From Pricia sp. (GTDB taxonomy: Bacteria > Bacteroidota > Bacteroidia > Flavobacteriales > Flavobacteriaceae), in NCBI GenBank assembly GCA_049683055.1, contig JBAUIP010000209.1, positions 1 to 45,778 on the forward strand: a DNA stretch of 45,778 nt, in the 5' to 3' direction. The position numbers and the translations under genes were made by a program. The notes beneath the pieces were generated by a model. That model was given only the letters and a program-made list of their open reading frames with translations, made no database searches and was not told where the DNA came from. Shown in pieces: positions 32,337 through 43,000 of this stretch (position 1 is its first letter; each line of letters opens with the position of its first letter).

Positions 32337-35300
32337 TTAGTTTTTCCTAACCCGATGGGTAATTCTTCGATTAGTGATTACGGTATTTACATTTACCGTC
32401 AAAATCGTCGAATTTGAAGTCTCTGAGACACAGGCATAGGTGGAACTGGATACGATGACCCGGTATTGGTTGCCGTTTTCGGAGGATGAGGAATTGGTAA
32501 TCGTCAACGTATTGGTCGACGTACCACTATGGACGCCCGAATCGGTGAGGTCCGTCCAATTCGTACCGTCGAAAATCTGCCATCGGAAGGTATCGGCCGC
32601 GGAGGATGCCACCGAAAAAGTTACTGTACAACCTGGGCAGGCCGTGGTATCGGCAGGTTGGCCGGTAATGGAAGGTGCGGTGCCCGCTTCCATGTAATCA
32701 TAGGTGCCGTTACCGTCGCCATCCTCCGGGGTTTGATACGATGCGGTGGTAACCGTTCCATCGGGATTTACGGCCGGTGTGCCCGAACCGTACATTCCGT
32801 TATTGTCCGAATCGGCATCGGGGTCTCCGTAGGCCTCATCGGTATCATTACATCCATCGTTATCGGCGTCATCGTCCAAACGATCTGGAGTGCCGTCACC
32901 ATCACTATCGACGTTGATACAGAGTTTCAGGGCATCCACATAAATATTTTCTTGGAACCCGGTTCCCCCGTTACCTACCAAAATAGCAATTTTCAAATCT
33001 CCTCCCGCATAATTGAAGACCGCATCGTATGCCCGCCATGAGTTGGGATCCATAATATCATCGCCCCCGCTGGTACCCGTCGGCGACCAGGCGCCCGGCA
33101 CTAGAACATCGTTGGGTGTGTCGGAAACCACCGCTGCCGGATTCGATGGATTCGGCAGATCATACCCCGTATCCGTACTGCCGTACCATACCTTTAGGTT
33201 GGTATCGGAATCGGCGGCCCTGCCCTGGGTATCGTAATTGTATCCCGGAGCGTAGATAAAGGAATACCTGACTTCGTCGCCCACCGTCAATCCGAGAGCG
33301 GCGAGCTCAGCCGCGGTGTAGATCAGAAGAATACCATCATTGTCGTTGTTCGTAGTGCTTGAAAATACCGGGTCGTCATTTTGCGCCTGCAAGGCCAGAA
33401 AGGCGCCGCCCTCTTGTGGTGCATACCAGGTACTGGCAGGTGCCTGGTCGCCCTCAGTGATAAAATCCGGTGAGCGAATAGGCGTCAAGTTCGCGGGAGT
33501 TCCGTTATTTTGATAATAATTGCTCAAATAGTAGTCGCTCGCCTGGGTTCCATTAGCATCGACCCCTTCAAAAGTTTCCTCCGCAATACAGTTCAGTTCA
33601 TCGGTGTCGTATATGCCATCATTGTCGTCGTCGAGATCATTGGGATCGGTCACCCCGTCACCATCGCTATCCTGTTCAACGTTCAGGATAACGGGATTCG
33701 AAGTTGCCGGACCGCAGGCAAAACCAGAACTGGTTACGATGACCCTATACCAATTTCCATTTTGTGAGCTATCAACGTTTATTACGGTCAGTGTCGCATT
33801 GGTAGCACCGGCGATATCGGCAAACGCCGACCCACCTCTTGGAAAAACTTGCCATTGATAGGTCAGGTTGGTTCCAGTTGCGCCTACAGAAAATATGGCG
33901 TCATCACCCTCCGCAACGTTCTGGCTTTGGGGCTGGGTATCAATAGTCGGGGCCGATCCGGCTTCCAAATAATCCGGAGTGCCATTGGTATCGGTGTCGG
34001 CGGGTGTGGCATACGAAGCGGCTGTCACGGTACCGTCAGCGTTTGTAGCGGGCGGATTGCCCGTACCATAAAAGTCATTGTCACCGCCGTCGGCATCGGC
34101 ATCCGCATAGGCTTCGTTCGCGTCGCTACAACCGTCGTCGTCGCTGTCGGTATCAAAACGATTGATAGTGCCGTCAACGTCTGTATCGCAGGTGCCGTCG
34201 TACATATCGCGCATCTGGGATTCCGTCAGGGCAATCGGATAGTGTACGATTTCATCCATCAGGCCTTCATAATAATTACCAACTCCCTCGCCGAAGGAAT
34301 CCCCGTCGCTTCGTCCGAATGCGTGGGCACTGCCATGATTGGCCAATTCCCCGAAGCCGGTGTTCAACACAGGACTGGGAACGCCGTCAAGATACATGAC
34401 GACGTCGCCATTTGCATAGGTAAATCCGACATGATGCCATTGGCCATCGTCGGGAAATGTAAAACTCGAGGTGCTGACCTCACTGCCGCCTCCGCCCTCT
34501 CGAATGGAGTTTTCCAGTATATTGTCGTTTAAACGAATCGCGATACCATTGGTTCCGCCGCCTTCATCCAATAAAGTTTGTAAGTCTGAAAGGTTGGCCG
34601 GTTTAACCCAAAAGGAGTAGCTGAAATTAGTGATTGGCTGGTTGAGGAAAGTACCATCGCTATATTGCAAATAGTCCGAAGTGCCATTGAAAGATGCTGA
34701 ACTAAATCCCTTTCGACTGTCGGTGGAAGGCCCGACGTTTCCGTTCTCGAGATCATGGCCGTTCTCCGAGGAATCGTCCGTTGTATTTTCGAGATTCCAA
34801 TGGGCATCGAAACCAGCCACATCGGGACCACAAGTTTCCTCATGGGCATCGAGGATGCCGTCGTTGTCGTCGTCTAGGTCGGCCCTGTCCTCTACCCCAT
34901 CGTTATCCGTATCGACCAATGCCAATACGGTCAATGAACCGGTCGATTCACCGCTCAAGGGAATGTTTTCGTCGTTGGAAATATCAGAGGATGAAATTGT
35001 GTTATCAAAAGTTCCAGAACCAGTGGTGACCACATCAAAAATAAATTCACAGGTGGTACCCGCCGGAATATTGACACCGGATATGGAAAAGCTGTTCCCG
35101 CCTGAATTTGCGGTAATCGAGCCCCCACAAGTCGAAGACGAATCTGGTGAAGCTGAAAGGGTCATACCAGCAGGTAAATTATCCGTCAGCGAGAAATTGG
35201 TCAGATTGACCCCGTTCGAGGGATTTTCGACGATTATGCTTACCGAGGCTTCGTCGCCTTCATAGATTGTCGAAGGCGTAAAAATTTTACTGGCGACTGC

Positions 35301-36800
35301 CGGGAAAGCGACTTCATTGGAAGTTACAAAAACGCCCCCCCAAATTCCTTCGTTAGCACTTCCCAGCTCAACCTCCATAGATGTTGCATTGTTCGGAACC
35401 AATCCCGAGGCATCATAGGTATCGATATCCATACCCCAGCTATAAGGGTAGTTCGGATTTCTTCCGCCTACGTCCGTCCCAAACTCCGAAATGGTTCCGT
35501 TTAGGGCATTATCCGCGGGATTGGATGCATTCGCCAGAGCGGTACCGTTGATTTCCACATAGTCGCCGGTGGCATAGCCTTCACCGTCAAAGGCGAAATA
35601 GCCGGCATGTGATTCGAAGGCTCCGGCCGACGGGGTCAACAATCCCGTTACCGTAAAGGAATCATTATCCCCAAAGCCAAAGAAATCGAACCCGTCCCAA
35701 ACAGCGATGTTCCTCGCCCTTTCCGCAGGGTCGTTGTAAATGACTACCATTGTCCATCCCCCGAAGGGTCCGGTGAAAGAGCTACCTGTTGCCAAGGCGA
35801 TATCGGCCACAAAATAATCACCACTGCCCCCGGCCTGTACTTCGGCGGTCACATCGGCATAGGCCAAAAAGGTATCCCAAGGGCTTTGGGCCGTTCTTTC
35901 CATATTGCGTACATCGGCGGTAACTGTGGTATATCCCGAGGAAGGGGTCCGCAACCGTACTTCGTCCATATCCAAAGAACCTGGCGGATTGGTTATTCCA
36001 CTTCTTGAACTTTGATAAAGGCCGCCCCAATATAGACCTGCGTATTCAACGCTGGCTCCAGCCGGCAAAGTCATGGCGCTGCTACTGGAGTTTAGGGTAG
36101 ATCCGTCGCCATCGATATCAACATAGCCCATCACGGCGGGGGGGTTATTCGTATCCGGATCGGCTGGACAATTGGAGACGCATTCGATGTTCGTATTTCC
36201 TCGCATCCTAAAATCACCCTGTACGTTGATGGATTCCCTTTCTTCGTAGGGCCTGGGCGATTCTTCGGGGGAATACACCGTAAATTGAATATTATCTAAG
36301 AAAATTTCTTCGTTGGCCTGCCAAAGTCCTGATCGGTTATCAAAAAGCACTCTGAAACCTGCCCACTTATATTGATCCGGAATTTCAAAGTTCACCGTTC
36401 CGGCACCATTGCTTGCTTGCAATGCCCCTATAAACTGATAGTTTCCGGCATTGTCTAACAGCCATAGGCCCAACTGTTCGTCGCCCAGATTATTGGCATT
36501 AAAATTGAAGCGCAAAAACACCAAACCGGCTCCGGCCAGGTTCACCCCTCTGTTGATACTTTTATTGGGGTCATTGACTTCCCTGAAACGCAACTGGTTT
36601 GAATTGACCTGTATGTTACCTGCTGTCGGACTGGTACCCCCATCATTGAACTCGACCCAATTGGAAGAAAAATTGGCCGATCCGTTGTTATTGTTGTAGG
36701 CCTGGTTATTGAACCTGTCCAAATACGTTTGTTGTCCGAACGCGAATGAGGTCACAAGCAGCAGTAAGAGGGTAATTTTCTTTCCGGAAAGGAATGCCAT
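32337..36800 (-). CDS. ~1487-aa secreted modular adhesin: beta-sandwich, DUF3344-like, DUF11-like, LamG-like, Ig-like; ends [15 protein letters not shown]
   Basis: Start re-called to ATG 36800; signal ending AFG-Q; motifs YAGLYWGG..YADVT..GGWTMVVIY..WDGF, SKIFTP..LTDNLPAGM and LamG-like motifs. Confidence 0.87.
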   Translation of the reverse strand: MAFLSGKKITLLLLLVTSFAFGQQTYLDRFNNQAYNNNNGSANFSSNWVEFNDGGTSPTAGNIQVNSNQLRFREVNDPNKSINRGVNLAGAGLVFLRFNFNANNLGDEQLGLWLLDNAGNYQFIGALQASNGAGTVNFEIPDQYKWAGFRVLFDNRSGLWQANEEIFLDNIQFTVYSPEESPRPYEERESINVQGDFRMRGNTNIECVSNCPADPDTNNPPAVMGYVDIDGDGSTLNSSSSAMTLPAGASVEYAGLYWGGLYQSSRSGITNPPGSLDMDEVRLRTPSSGYTTVTADVRNMERTAQSPWDTFLAYADVTAEVQAGGSGDYFVADIALATGSSFTGPFGGWTMVVIYNDPAERARNIAVWDGFDFFGFGDNDSFTVTGLLTPSAGAFESHAGYFAFDGEGYATGDYVEINGTALANASNPADNALNGTISEFGTDVGGRNPNYPYSWGMDIDTYDASGLVPNNATSMEVELGSANEGIWGGVFVTSNEVAFPAVASKIFTPSTIYEGDEASVSIIVENPSNGVNLTNFSLTDNLPAGMTLSASPDSSSTCGGSITANSGGNSFSISGVNIPAGTTCEFIFDVVTTGSGTFDNTISSSDISNDENIPLSGESTGSLTVLALVDTDNDGVEDRADLDDDNDGILDAHEETCGPDVAGFDAHWNLENTTDDSSENGHDLENGNVGPSTDSRKGFSSASFNGTSDYLQYSDGTFLNQPITNFSYSFWVKPANLSDLQTLLDEGGGTNGIAIRLNDNILENSIREGGGGSEVSTSSFTFPDDGQWHHVGFTYANGDVVMYLDGVPSPVLNTGFGELANHGSAHAFGRSDGDSFGEGVGNYYEGLMDEIVHYPIALTESQMRDMYDGTCDTDVDGTINRFDTDSDDDGCSDANEAYADADADGGDNDFYGTGNPPATNADGTVTAASYATPADTDTNGTPDYLEAGSAPTIDTQPQSQNVAEGDDAIFSVGATGTNLTYQWQVFPRGGSAFADIAGATNATLTVINVDSSQNGNWYRVIVTSSGFACGPATSNPVILNVEQDSDGDGVTDPNDLDDDNDGIYDTDELNCIAEETFEGVDANGTQASDYYLSNYYQNNGTPANLTPIRSPDFITEGDQAPASTWYAPQEGGAFLALQAQNDDPVFSSTTNNDNDGILLIYTAAELAALGLTVGDEVRYSFIYAPGYNYDTQGRAADSDTNLKVWYGSTDTGYDLPNPSNPAAVVSDTPNDVLVPGAWSPTGTSGGDDIMDPNSWRAYDAVFNYAGGDLKIAILVGNGGTGFQENIYVDALKLCINVDSDGDGTPDRLDDDADNDGCNDTDEAYGDPDADSDNNGMYGSGTPAVNPDGTVTTASYQTPEDGDGNGTYDYMEAGTAPSITGQPADTTACPGCTVTFSVASSAADTFRWQIFDGTNWTDLTDSGVHSGTSTNTLTITNSSSSENGNQYRVIVSSSTYACVSETSNSTILTVNVNTVITNRRITHRVRKN

Positions 36801-36846
36801 TGGGCTTGGGTAGATTTGAGCAGGTAATGGCTTGGTCCATCGAGCA

Positions 36847-36912
36847 CAAATGTAAAGGCTGGCCAACCGACATCGAAAAAAATGTTGTATAAGCGGGCCA
36901 GACCTTGGTGAA
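36847..36912 (-). promoter_or_regulatory. Promoter with direct-repeat operator
   Basis: Minus strand: TTCACCAAG (36904-36912), TATACAACA (36883-36891), and -7 TACATTTG (36847-36854). Confidence 0.65.
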
Positions 36913-36982
36913 CCATCTAAATATCGATGTAAGGCAATTTATACCATATTGATTTTCAGATAATTCTTAGGTTCTGACAATC

Positions 36983-37007
36983 AAAAAAGCAGCCCAATGG
37001 ACTGCTT
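36983..37007 (-). terminator. Intrinsic terminator of the CTD-PorP-PorE operon
   Basis: Minus strand AAGCAGTCCATTGGGCTGCTTTTTT: hairpin with a G-U pair followed by a U-tract. Confidence 0.75.
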
Positions 37008-37110
37008 GTAATTTAGAAATAGTTCATTACTGACCCCTGTTTAATTTTTAAAGATTCAAAATATAAATCTTGAAAAAAACCTCAAAATGGTATCCGGCAA
37101 ACGCCGTCTT

Positions 37111-39048
37111 CTACTCCACGATAATAAACTCTGATCGGCGGTTAAGTTCGTGTTGGGCCGCGGTGCATTCTACCCCGTTGGCGCAGTCATTGATGAGCTT
37201 GGTTTCGCCAAAGCCCTCGCTGCTGAGTCGGTTTTCGGCGATGCCCTGTTTCTCCATATAGTTGACAGTGGCCTCGGCCCTTTTTTGGGAGAGCCATAGG
37301 TTGTAGGAGTCCTTGCCCCTGCTGTCGGTATGGGCATTGACCTTGATTTTAAGGCTAGGGTATTTTTCCATGGCCGCGATGACCTTTTCCACCTCGATTT
37401 CTGAATCTTTCCGGATGTTGTATTTGTTATAGTCGAAGTAAATCGTACTGAGCTGCAGGAGTTGGGACAAATCATCGCCGAAGCCTGCGGAGACCGTGTT
37501 TCGCTCCAATAGAAAATCGACGGTCTGGGGCTCGCCCTCCGAAGCACTTAAATATTCTTCCGAGGGGATATAGCCATCCATCGTTGCCCTGACGAAATTG
37601 CCTTGATTGCAGTCGATGGGCACTGTATACCTACCGAGTGAATCGGTCATCACGGAGGTGATTTCCTCGTTGTCCTCATCGATGACCCTAACAGTAGCGC
37701 TCATCAAGGGTTCGTTCGATATTTCGTCCCGTACGGTACCCGATATTTCCTGTGTGCATTTCAAACGCAAAGGCTTGGCCTCCAAAAACTCATAAATATC
37801 ATCGGCACCGACACCTTCCGACCGATTGGAGGCAAAATAGCCGCGTTTGGTAGTGTCGTCGATGATAAAGGTAAAATCATCAAAACTGCTGTTAATGGGT
37901 TCCCCTACGTTCATGACGTTTCCATCTACATCTCCATTGGATATAGAGGTCGCGAACACATCAAGGCCCCCGAGTCCCGGATGGCCGTCAGAAGAAAAAT
38001 ACAGTACTTCTTCGCTGCTGACAAAGGGAAAGGTTTCCCTGGCCTCGGTGTTGATGTTGTCGCCCAGATTTTCGGGTGTGCCATAGCCGCCGTCCTCTTT
38101 GACAGAAACTTTATAAATATCCGATTCCCCAAAGGAACCTTCCCTATCGGAAACAAAGTATAGGGTTTTTTCATCGGGACTCAATGCCGGATGGGCGACG
38201 GAATAGGAATCACTGTTAAAGGGAAGTTCTTCGATATTTGTCCAAACCCCTTTAATGAGGGATGCCCTAAAAATTTTGAGACGTACGATGCCCTGTTCGT
38301 CCCTGACGTATTTTTTGTTTTTGTAGTTGTTTCTGGTAAAATACAGGGTCTTACCGTCTTTGGTAGTAATGGAAGTGGACTCATGAAGCCTTGTGTTCAC
38401 GTTCTCCCCAAGTTTGGTAACCGATCCGGCCGATACGCTATCGGTATTGACCTTGTACAGGTCTAAAAAATCTTTTGAAGTCCAAGTATGTCGATAGCGG
38501 GCGAAATTACCGGTGTCGCGGTCCGAAGAAAATATAAGTCCCTCTTCATAAAAAGAAGGCGCAAATTCGGAGTATGGGGAATTGTACTTGAAGGGGGCGA
38601 CATTGAACCGCCCGGAATTTTGTTTTATCTCTTTTAGGTAATCCCGCTCGTTTTTGTAAGCGGATGCCCTCTCGTCACCTTCGGTTGCCTCTAAGAATTG
38701 GGCCATAATTTCATTTGAGGTTTCGTAATCCTGAAGGGTCTTTAGGGTCTGTGCATAGCGAAAGTAGTATTCTGGAGGAGTATCATCAGGATATTCCGTG
38801 ACCAACCTTTTATAGGTTTCTGCGGCATCTTTATAATCGGCATTGAAGTAGTATGAATTGCCAAGTTTCTTTAATAAGTCCGCGGATGCATATCCCCTAT
38901 CCAATACCTTTTTGTAGATATCTATCGCCGGGCTAAAAGAGTACGATTCGTACTTCTCGTTCGCCTTGGTCAGCAGTTTTTCTTGGGCGAAACCAATTCC
39001 GCCAATTAGAAAAACCATTAAAATAAGTATGTATTCTCTTTGTAACAT
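37111..39048 (-). CDS. PorE-like protein: TPR, PD40 beta-propeller, carboxypeptidase-regulatory-like domain, OmpA peptidoglycan-binding domain
   Basis: N-terminal TPR-like helices; LYFTRN, LYFVSD, YFSSDGHPGLGGLD repeats; C-terminal IYFDYNK..HTDSRG..YN..LSQKRA..NRRSEF; directly after a PorP gene. Confidence 0.92.
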   Translation of the reverse strand: MLQREYILILMVFLIGGIGFAQEKLLTKANEKYESYSFSPAIDIYKKVLDRGYASADLLKKLGNSYYFNADYKDAAETYKRLVTEYPDDTPPEYYFRYAQTLKTLQDYETSNEIMAQFLEATEGDERASAYKNERDYLKEIKQNSGRFNVAPFKYNSPYSEFAPSFYEEGLIFSSDRDTGNFARYRHTWTSKDFLDLYKVNTDSVSAGSVTKLGENVNTRLHESTSITTKDGKTLYFTRNNYKNKKYVRDEQGIVRLKIFRASLIKGVWTNIEELPFNSDSYSVAHPALSPDEKTLYFVSDREGSFGESDIYKVSVKEDGGYGTPENLGDNINTEARETFPFVSSEEVLYFSSDGHPGLGGLDVFATSISNGDVDGNVMNVGEPINSSFDDFTFIIDDTTKRGYFASNRSEGVGADDIYEFLEAKPLRLKCTQEISGTVRDEISNEPLMSATVRVIDEDNEEITSVMTDSLGRYTVPIDCNQGNFVRATMDGYIPSEEYLSASEGEPQTVDFLLERNTVSAGFGDDLSQLLQLSTIYFDYNKYNIRKDSEIEVEKVIAAMEKYPSLKIKVNAHTDSRGKDSYNLWLSQKRAEATVNYMEKQGIAENRLSSEGFGETKLINDCANGVECTAAQHELNRRSEFIIVE

Positions 39049-39063
39049 TTACCCCTTAATTTT

Positions 39064-40023
39064 TTAAAAGAACCTTGGTGAAACCAGTTTTTCGAAGGAT
39101 CGGAGCAGCTCCCACCTCAGAAAAATCTCGAAAGATCCGCTACTGAACTGCGTGGCACCGAAATCTGTGGTTTCCCTATCGTAGGCCAGGCCCAGCATTA
39201 TCTGATCGGTCACCTGAAAACCGGCCAGGGCGCTTAACGCAGCATCCCATCGGTAGGCGGCCCCAAAAGAGAACCTTTCGGCGAAAAGAAAGTTTGCCGA
39301 AACGTCGACCTGCAAAGGTGCACCGCCAACCACTTTGGTCAGTAGGGCGGGCTTGAACTTAAAGTCGTCGTTCAGGTCGAAGACATAACCCGTAATCAGA
39401 TAAAAATTAACCCGGTCCTTGGCCAGAAATTCGACGTTGTTGGCATCGGAATTGGAATTATCAAAATGTTCGGTTTCCAATAGATTGGGTGCCGAAAGGC
39501 CCGCGTAAAATTTATTCGTGTGGTAATAGACTCCCAATCCCACATTGGGCGAAAAACGGTTTTCAATATTATCGGTGGCGACCGCCTCTTCAAAGCCTTC
39601 CCTTTGACGCAACCGTTCAAAATCCAGGTTTAAGAGGTTGCCTCCAAGTTTTAGACCGAAAGATAGTTTGCCGACCAGCGAAACATCTACCGTATAGGAA
39701 ACCAGTCCATCAATATAGGTTTCCTGAACGGTACCCTCGCCGATTTTATCGTTGACGATGGAAAGGCCATAGCCTACGTTGCTATTTCTGATCGGGGAGT
39801 GAAGGTTGAAGGTAAAGGTCTGTGGGCCTCCATCGAGCCCTACCCACTGTGACCGATACAGACCGGCGATGCTCAATTGCCCCCTAGACCCGGCATAGGC
39901 CGGATTGACGCTCATGGTGTTAAACATGTATTGGGTGTACTGAGCATCTTGCTGGGCGCTGGCGGAATCCCAAAAAAGCAGCATTAAAAATAAGGTAGCC
40001 AAAAGGCTCTTTCTCAAAATCAT
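39064..40023 (-). CDS. T9SS PorP/SprF family outer-membrane protein (paralogue 1)
   Basis: AQQDAQYTQYMFNTMSVNPAYAGSRG, C-terminal SPRFF. Confidence 0.93.
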   Translation of the reverse strand: MILRKSLLATLFLMLLFWDSASAQQDAQYTQYMFNTMSVNPAYAGSRGQLSIAGLYRSQWVGLDGGPQTFTFNLHSPIRNSNVGYGLSIVNDKIGEGTVQETYIDGLVSYTVDVSLVGKLSFGLKLGGNLLNLDFERLRQREGFEEAVATDNIENRFSPNVGLGVYYHTNKFYAGLSAPNLLETEHFDNSNSDANNVEFLAKDRVNFYLITGYVFDLNDDFKFKPALLTKVVGGAPLQVDVSANFLFAERFSFGAAYRWDAALSALAGFQVTDQIMLGLAYDRETTDFGATQFSSGSFEIFLRWELLRSFEKLVSPRFF

Positions 40024-40051
40024 AAGTAGCTTACTTGGTTAGTAGTACGAA

Positions 40052-43000
40052 TTATTTACTGATATAGATGTAGCCAGCATCCGTTACGTTATCCTCATCT
40101 ACGGTACTATACTCAAATATATAAAAATATACCCCCGCTGGTAAATACTCCGCCGCGTTTATAGTCGTTCTGCCCTGCGATCTGCCGTCAAAGACATTGT
40201 TTTGGTTGTTATAGCCTTCACCTTGGTAGACCGGCATGCCCCATCGGTTAAAAATCTGAAGACTGTTATTCAGTGCCAAATCGACGTTCTCTATCCATAA
40301 AAATTCATTTTTCCCGTCGTTATTGGGCGTCACCATTTGCATGACCACAATTTCGGTATCTGTAGATTCATCGGGGTCTAGATAGCTTGGTGTGCCATCA
40401 TCATCGAGGTCATCATTGGTAGGGTCACCGTCTTCGTCAATGTCTTCATCGGGGGTATCGATGCCGTCACCGTCATCGTCGATATCTCGATAGTTGACGT
40501 CTTCGGTTCCATCGGTATCGGGCAGATCATTGGCGGGATCATCGATGCCATCGTTGAAGTTGAATCCGTCGTCGATGCTGCCGTGTTCGTAGCCATCATC
40601 AAGACCATCGTTATCGGTATCTGTTCCGGTAAACTCTTGGTCGGGTTCGCCATCAAAATTGAAATCGTTGCCCTCGATATTGTCGAACACCAAATCGTTG
40701 TCACTATCCATATCGATATAATCGGGGTCGTCTTCCCCATCGGTATTGACCGGTTCCAAGCCATCGGGATAGGCGGAGTTCAAACCGTTGTTGGCTTCAT
40801 AGGTCGCCTCATCGTCATCGTTGGGCACGATGTAGCCGTCCGTAGTCTGTGCCTCTACGTTATCCGGAAGACCATCATCGTCGGAGTCGATATCCAAATG
40901 GTTCGGGCGGCCATCGTTATCGCTATCCAACGGATCGGTCAAGGGGTTATCGTCGCCATCGAGGTTGGGATCTTCTACACTATCCAAGATGCCATCGTTG
41001 TCGTCATCAAGGTCCGCAGTATCAGGGACGCCATCACCATCGGTATCTGCATCGGAATCCTGGTCGTTATCAAGATAATCGGGAGTCCCGTCGTTATCCG
41101 TATCGTCGTTGGTCGGGTCTCCGTCTTCATCGGCATCTTCGTCAGGAGTAGCTATACCATCACCATCATCATCGATATCACGATAATTGACATCTTCGGT
41201 ACCATCGGTATCAGGCAATTGGTTCACCGGATCATCGATGCCATCATTGAAATTGAAGCCATCGTTGACGGTTCCGTTTTCGTAGCCGTCGTCGAGACCA
41301 TCGCCATCGGTGTCGGTACCGGTGAACGTCTGGTCGGGCAAACCGTCGAAATTAAAGTCGTTGCCCTCGTTGTTGTCAGGTACGGAGTCGTTGTCGCTAT
41401 CTTCATCGATGTAATCCGGTGTGTCTTCCCCATCTGTGTTTACGGGGGTGATTCCATCGGGATAGGCGGAATTCACTCCGTCATTGGCAATATAGGTTTC
41501 CTCATCGTCATCGATAGGGGCAATATATTCATCCGTAGTATGAGCTTCAATATTATCGGGAAGGCCGTCATTATCGGAGTCGATATCCAAATAATCGGGA
41601 AATCCGTCGCCGTCGGTGTCGGTAGGATTGGTCGAGGGGTCATCGTCGCCGTCTTCATTGGTATCCTCGACGCTATCTAGAAGTCCGTCGTTGTCGTCGT
41701 CCAGGTCGGCAGTATCGAGAACTCCATCGTCATCGGTATCGAGGTTTTCGTTGTTCGGGTCAAGATAATCGGGCGTTCCGTCGTTGTCGGTATCATCGTT
41801 GGTCGGGTCGCCATCGCCGTCGACATCTTCTTCGAAGGTATCTATACGGTCGCCATCATCATCGATATCACGGTAGTTCACATCTTCGGTGCCATCGGTA
41901 TCGGGCAGGTCATTGGCCGGGTCGTTAATTTCATCGTTGACATCAAAGCCATCGTTGGTATCTGAGCCCTCGTATCCATCGTCAAGGCCGTCCCTATCGG
42001 TATCGGTGCCGGTAAAGGTCTGGTCGGGAATCCCGTCGAAATCGAAATCGTTGCCTTCGTTGTTGTCAGGAACACGATCGTTGTCACTATCCCCGTCAAT
42101 ATAATCTTCGACGTCTTCACCATCGGTATTGACCGGAGTCAGACCATCCGGGTAGGCAGAATTTACCCCGTTATTGGCCTCGGCCGTATCGAAATCGTCG
42201 TCATTGGGCGCAATGTATCCATCGGTGGTCTGTGCCTCGACGTTATCGGGAATACCATCGTTGTCGGAATCGATATCCAAGTGATTCGGATACCCATCCT
42301 CATCCAAATCGTAGGGATTGGTCAAGGGGTCGTTGTCTTGGTCGATATTGGGGTCCTCTACAGCATCAAGTATTCCATCGTTATCGTCGTCAAGGTCCGC
42401 CGAATCGGGAACGCCATCGCCGTCGGTATCGGGACCGCCATCGGTGGGGTCCAAATAGTTGGGCGTGCCATCGCCGTCGGTATCATCGTTGGTCGGATCT
42501 CCGTCACCATTCACATCTTCATCGACCGTCAAAATACCATCGCCGTCGTCATCGACATCGCGGTAATTGACATCGTCGGTATTGTCGGTATCGGGCAAAT
42601 CGTTGGCCGGGTCGTCAATTTCGTCGTTGACATCGAAGCCGTCGTTCACATCACTTCCTTCATAACCATCGTCAAGTCCGTCGCCATCCGTATCCACTCC
42701 GGTTAAGGTCTGATCGGGAATACCGTCAAAATTGAAATCGTTGCCTTCGTTATTGTCCGGCACTAAGTCGTTGTCGCTATTTTGTTCTTCGTAGCTTGTG
42801 TTCTCACCGCCGTCGAAATTGAACGGGTCGAGGCCGCCAATATAAGCGGAATTGACTCCCTCATTGGCCTCATAGGTCGCGGCATCGTCTTCGTTCGGAG
42901 GAATATAACCATCAGTGGACTGCGCCTCGACGTTATCGGGAATACCATCGTTATCGGTATCGATATCCAAGTAATTGGGATAGCCATCTCCGTCTAAATC

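Noticed and set aside
40583..41680. 365-aa plus-strand ORF and many similar Ile/Val- or Ser-rich antisense ORFs across 5.8-43.8 kb
   Set aside because: Shadows of Asp/Thr/Gly-rich repeat codons on the coding strand; no protein-like motifs.
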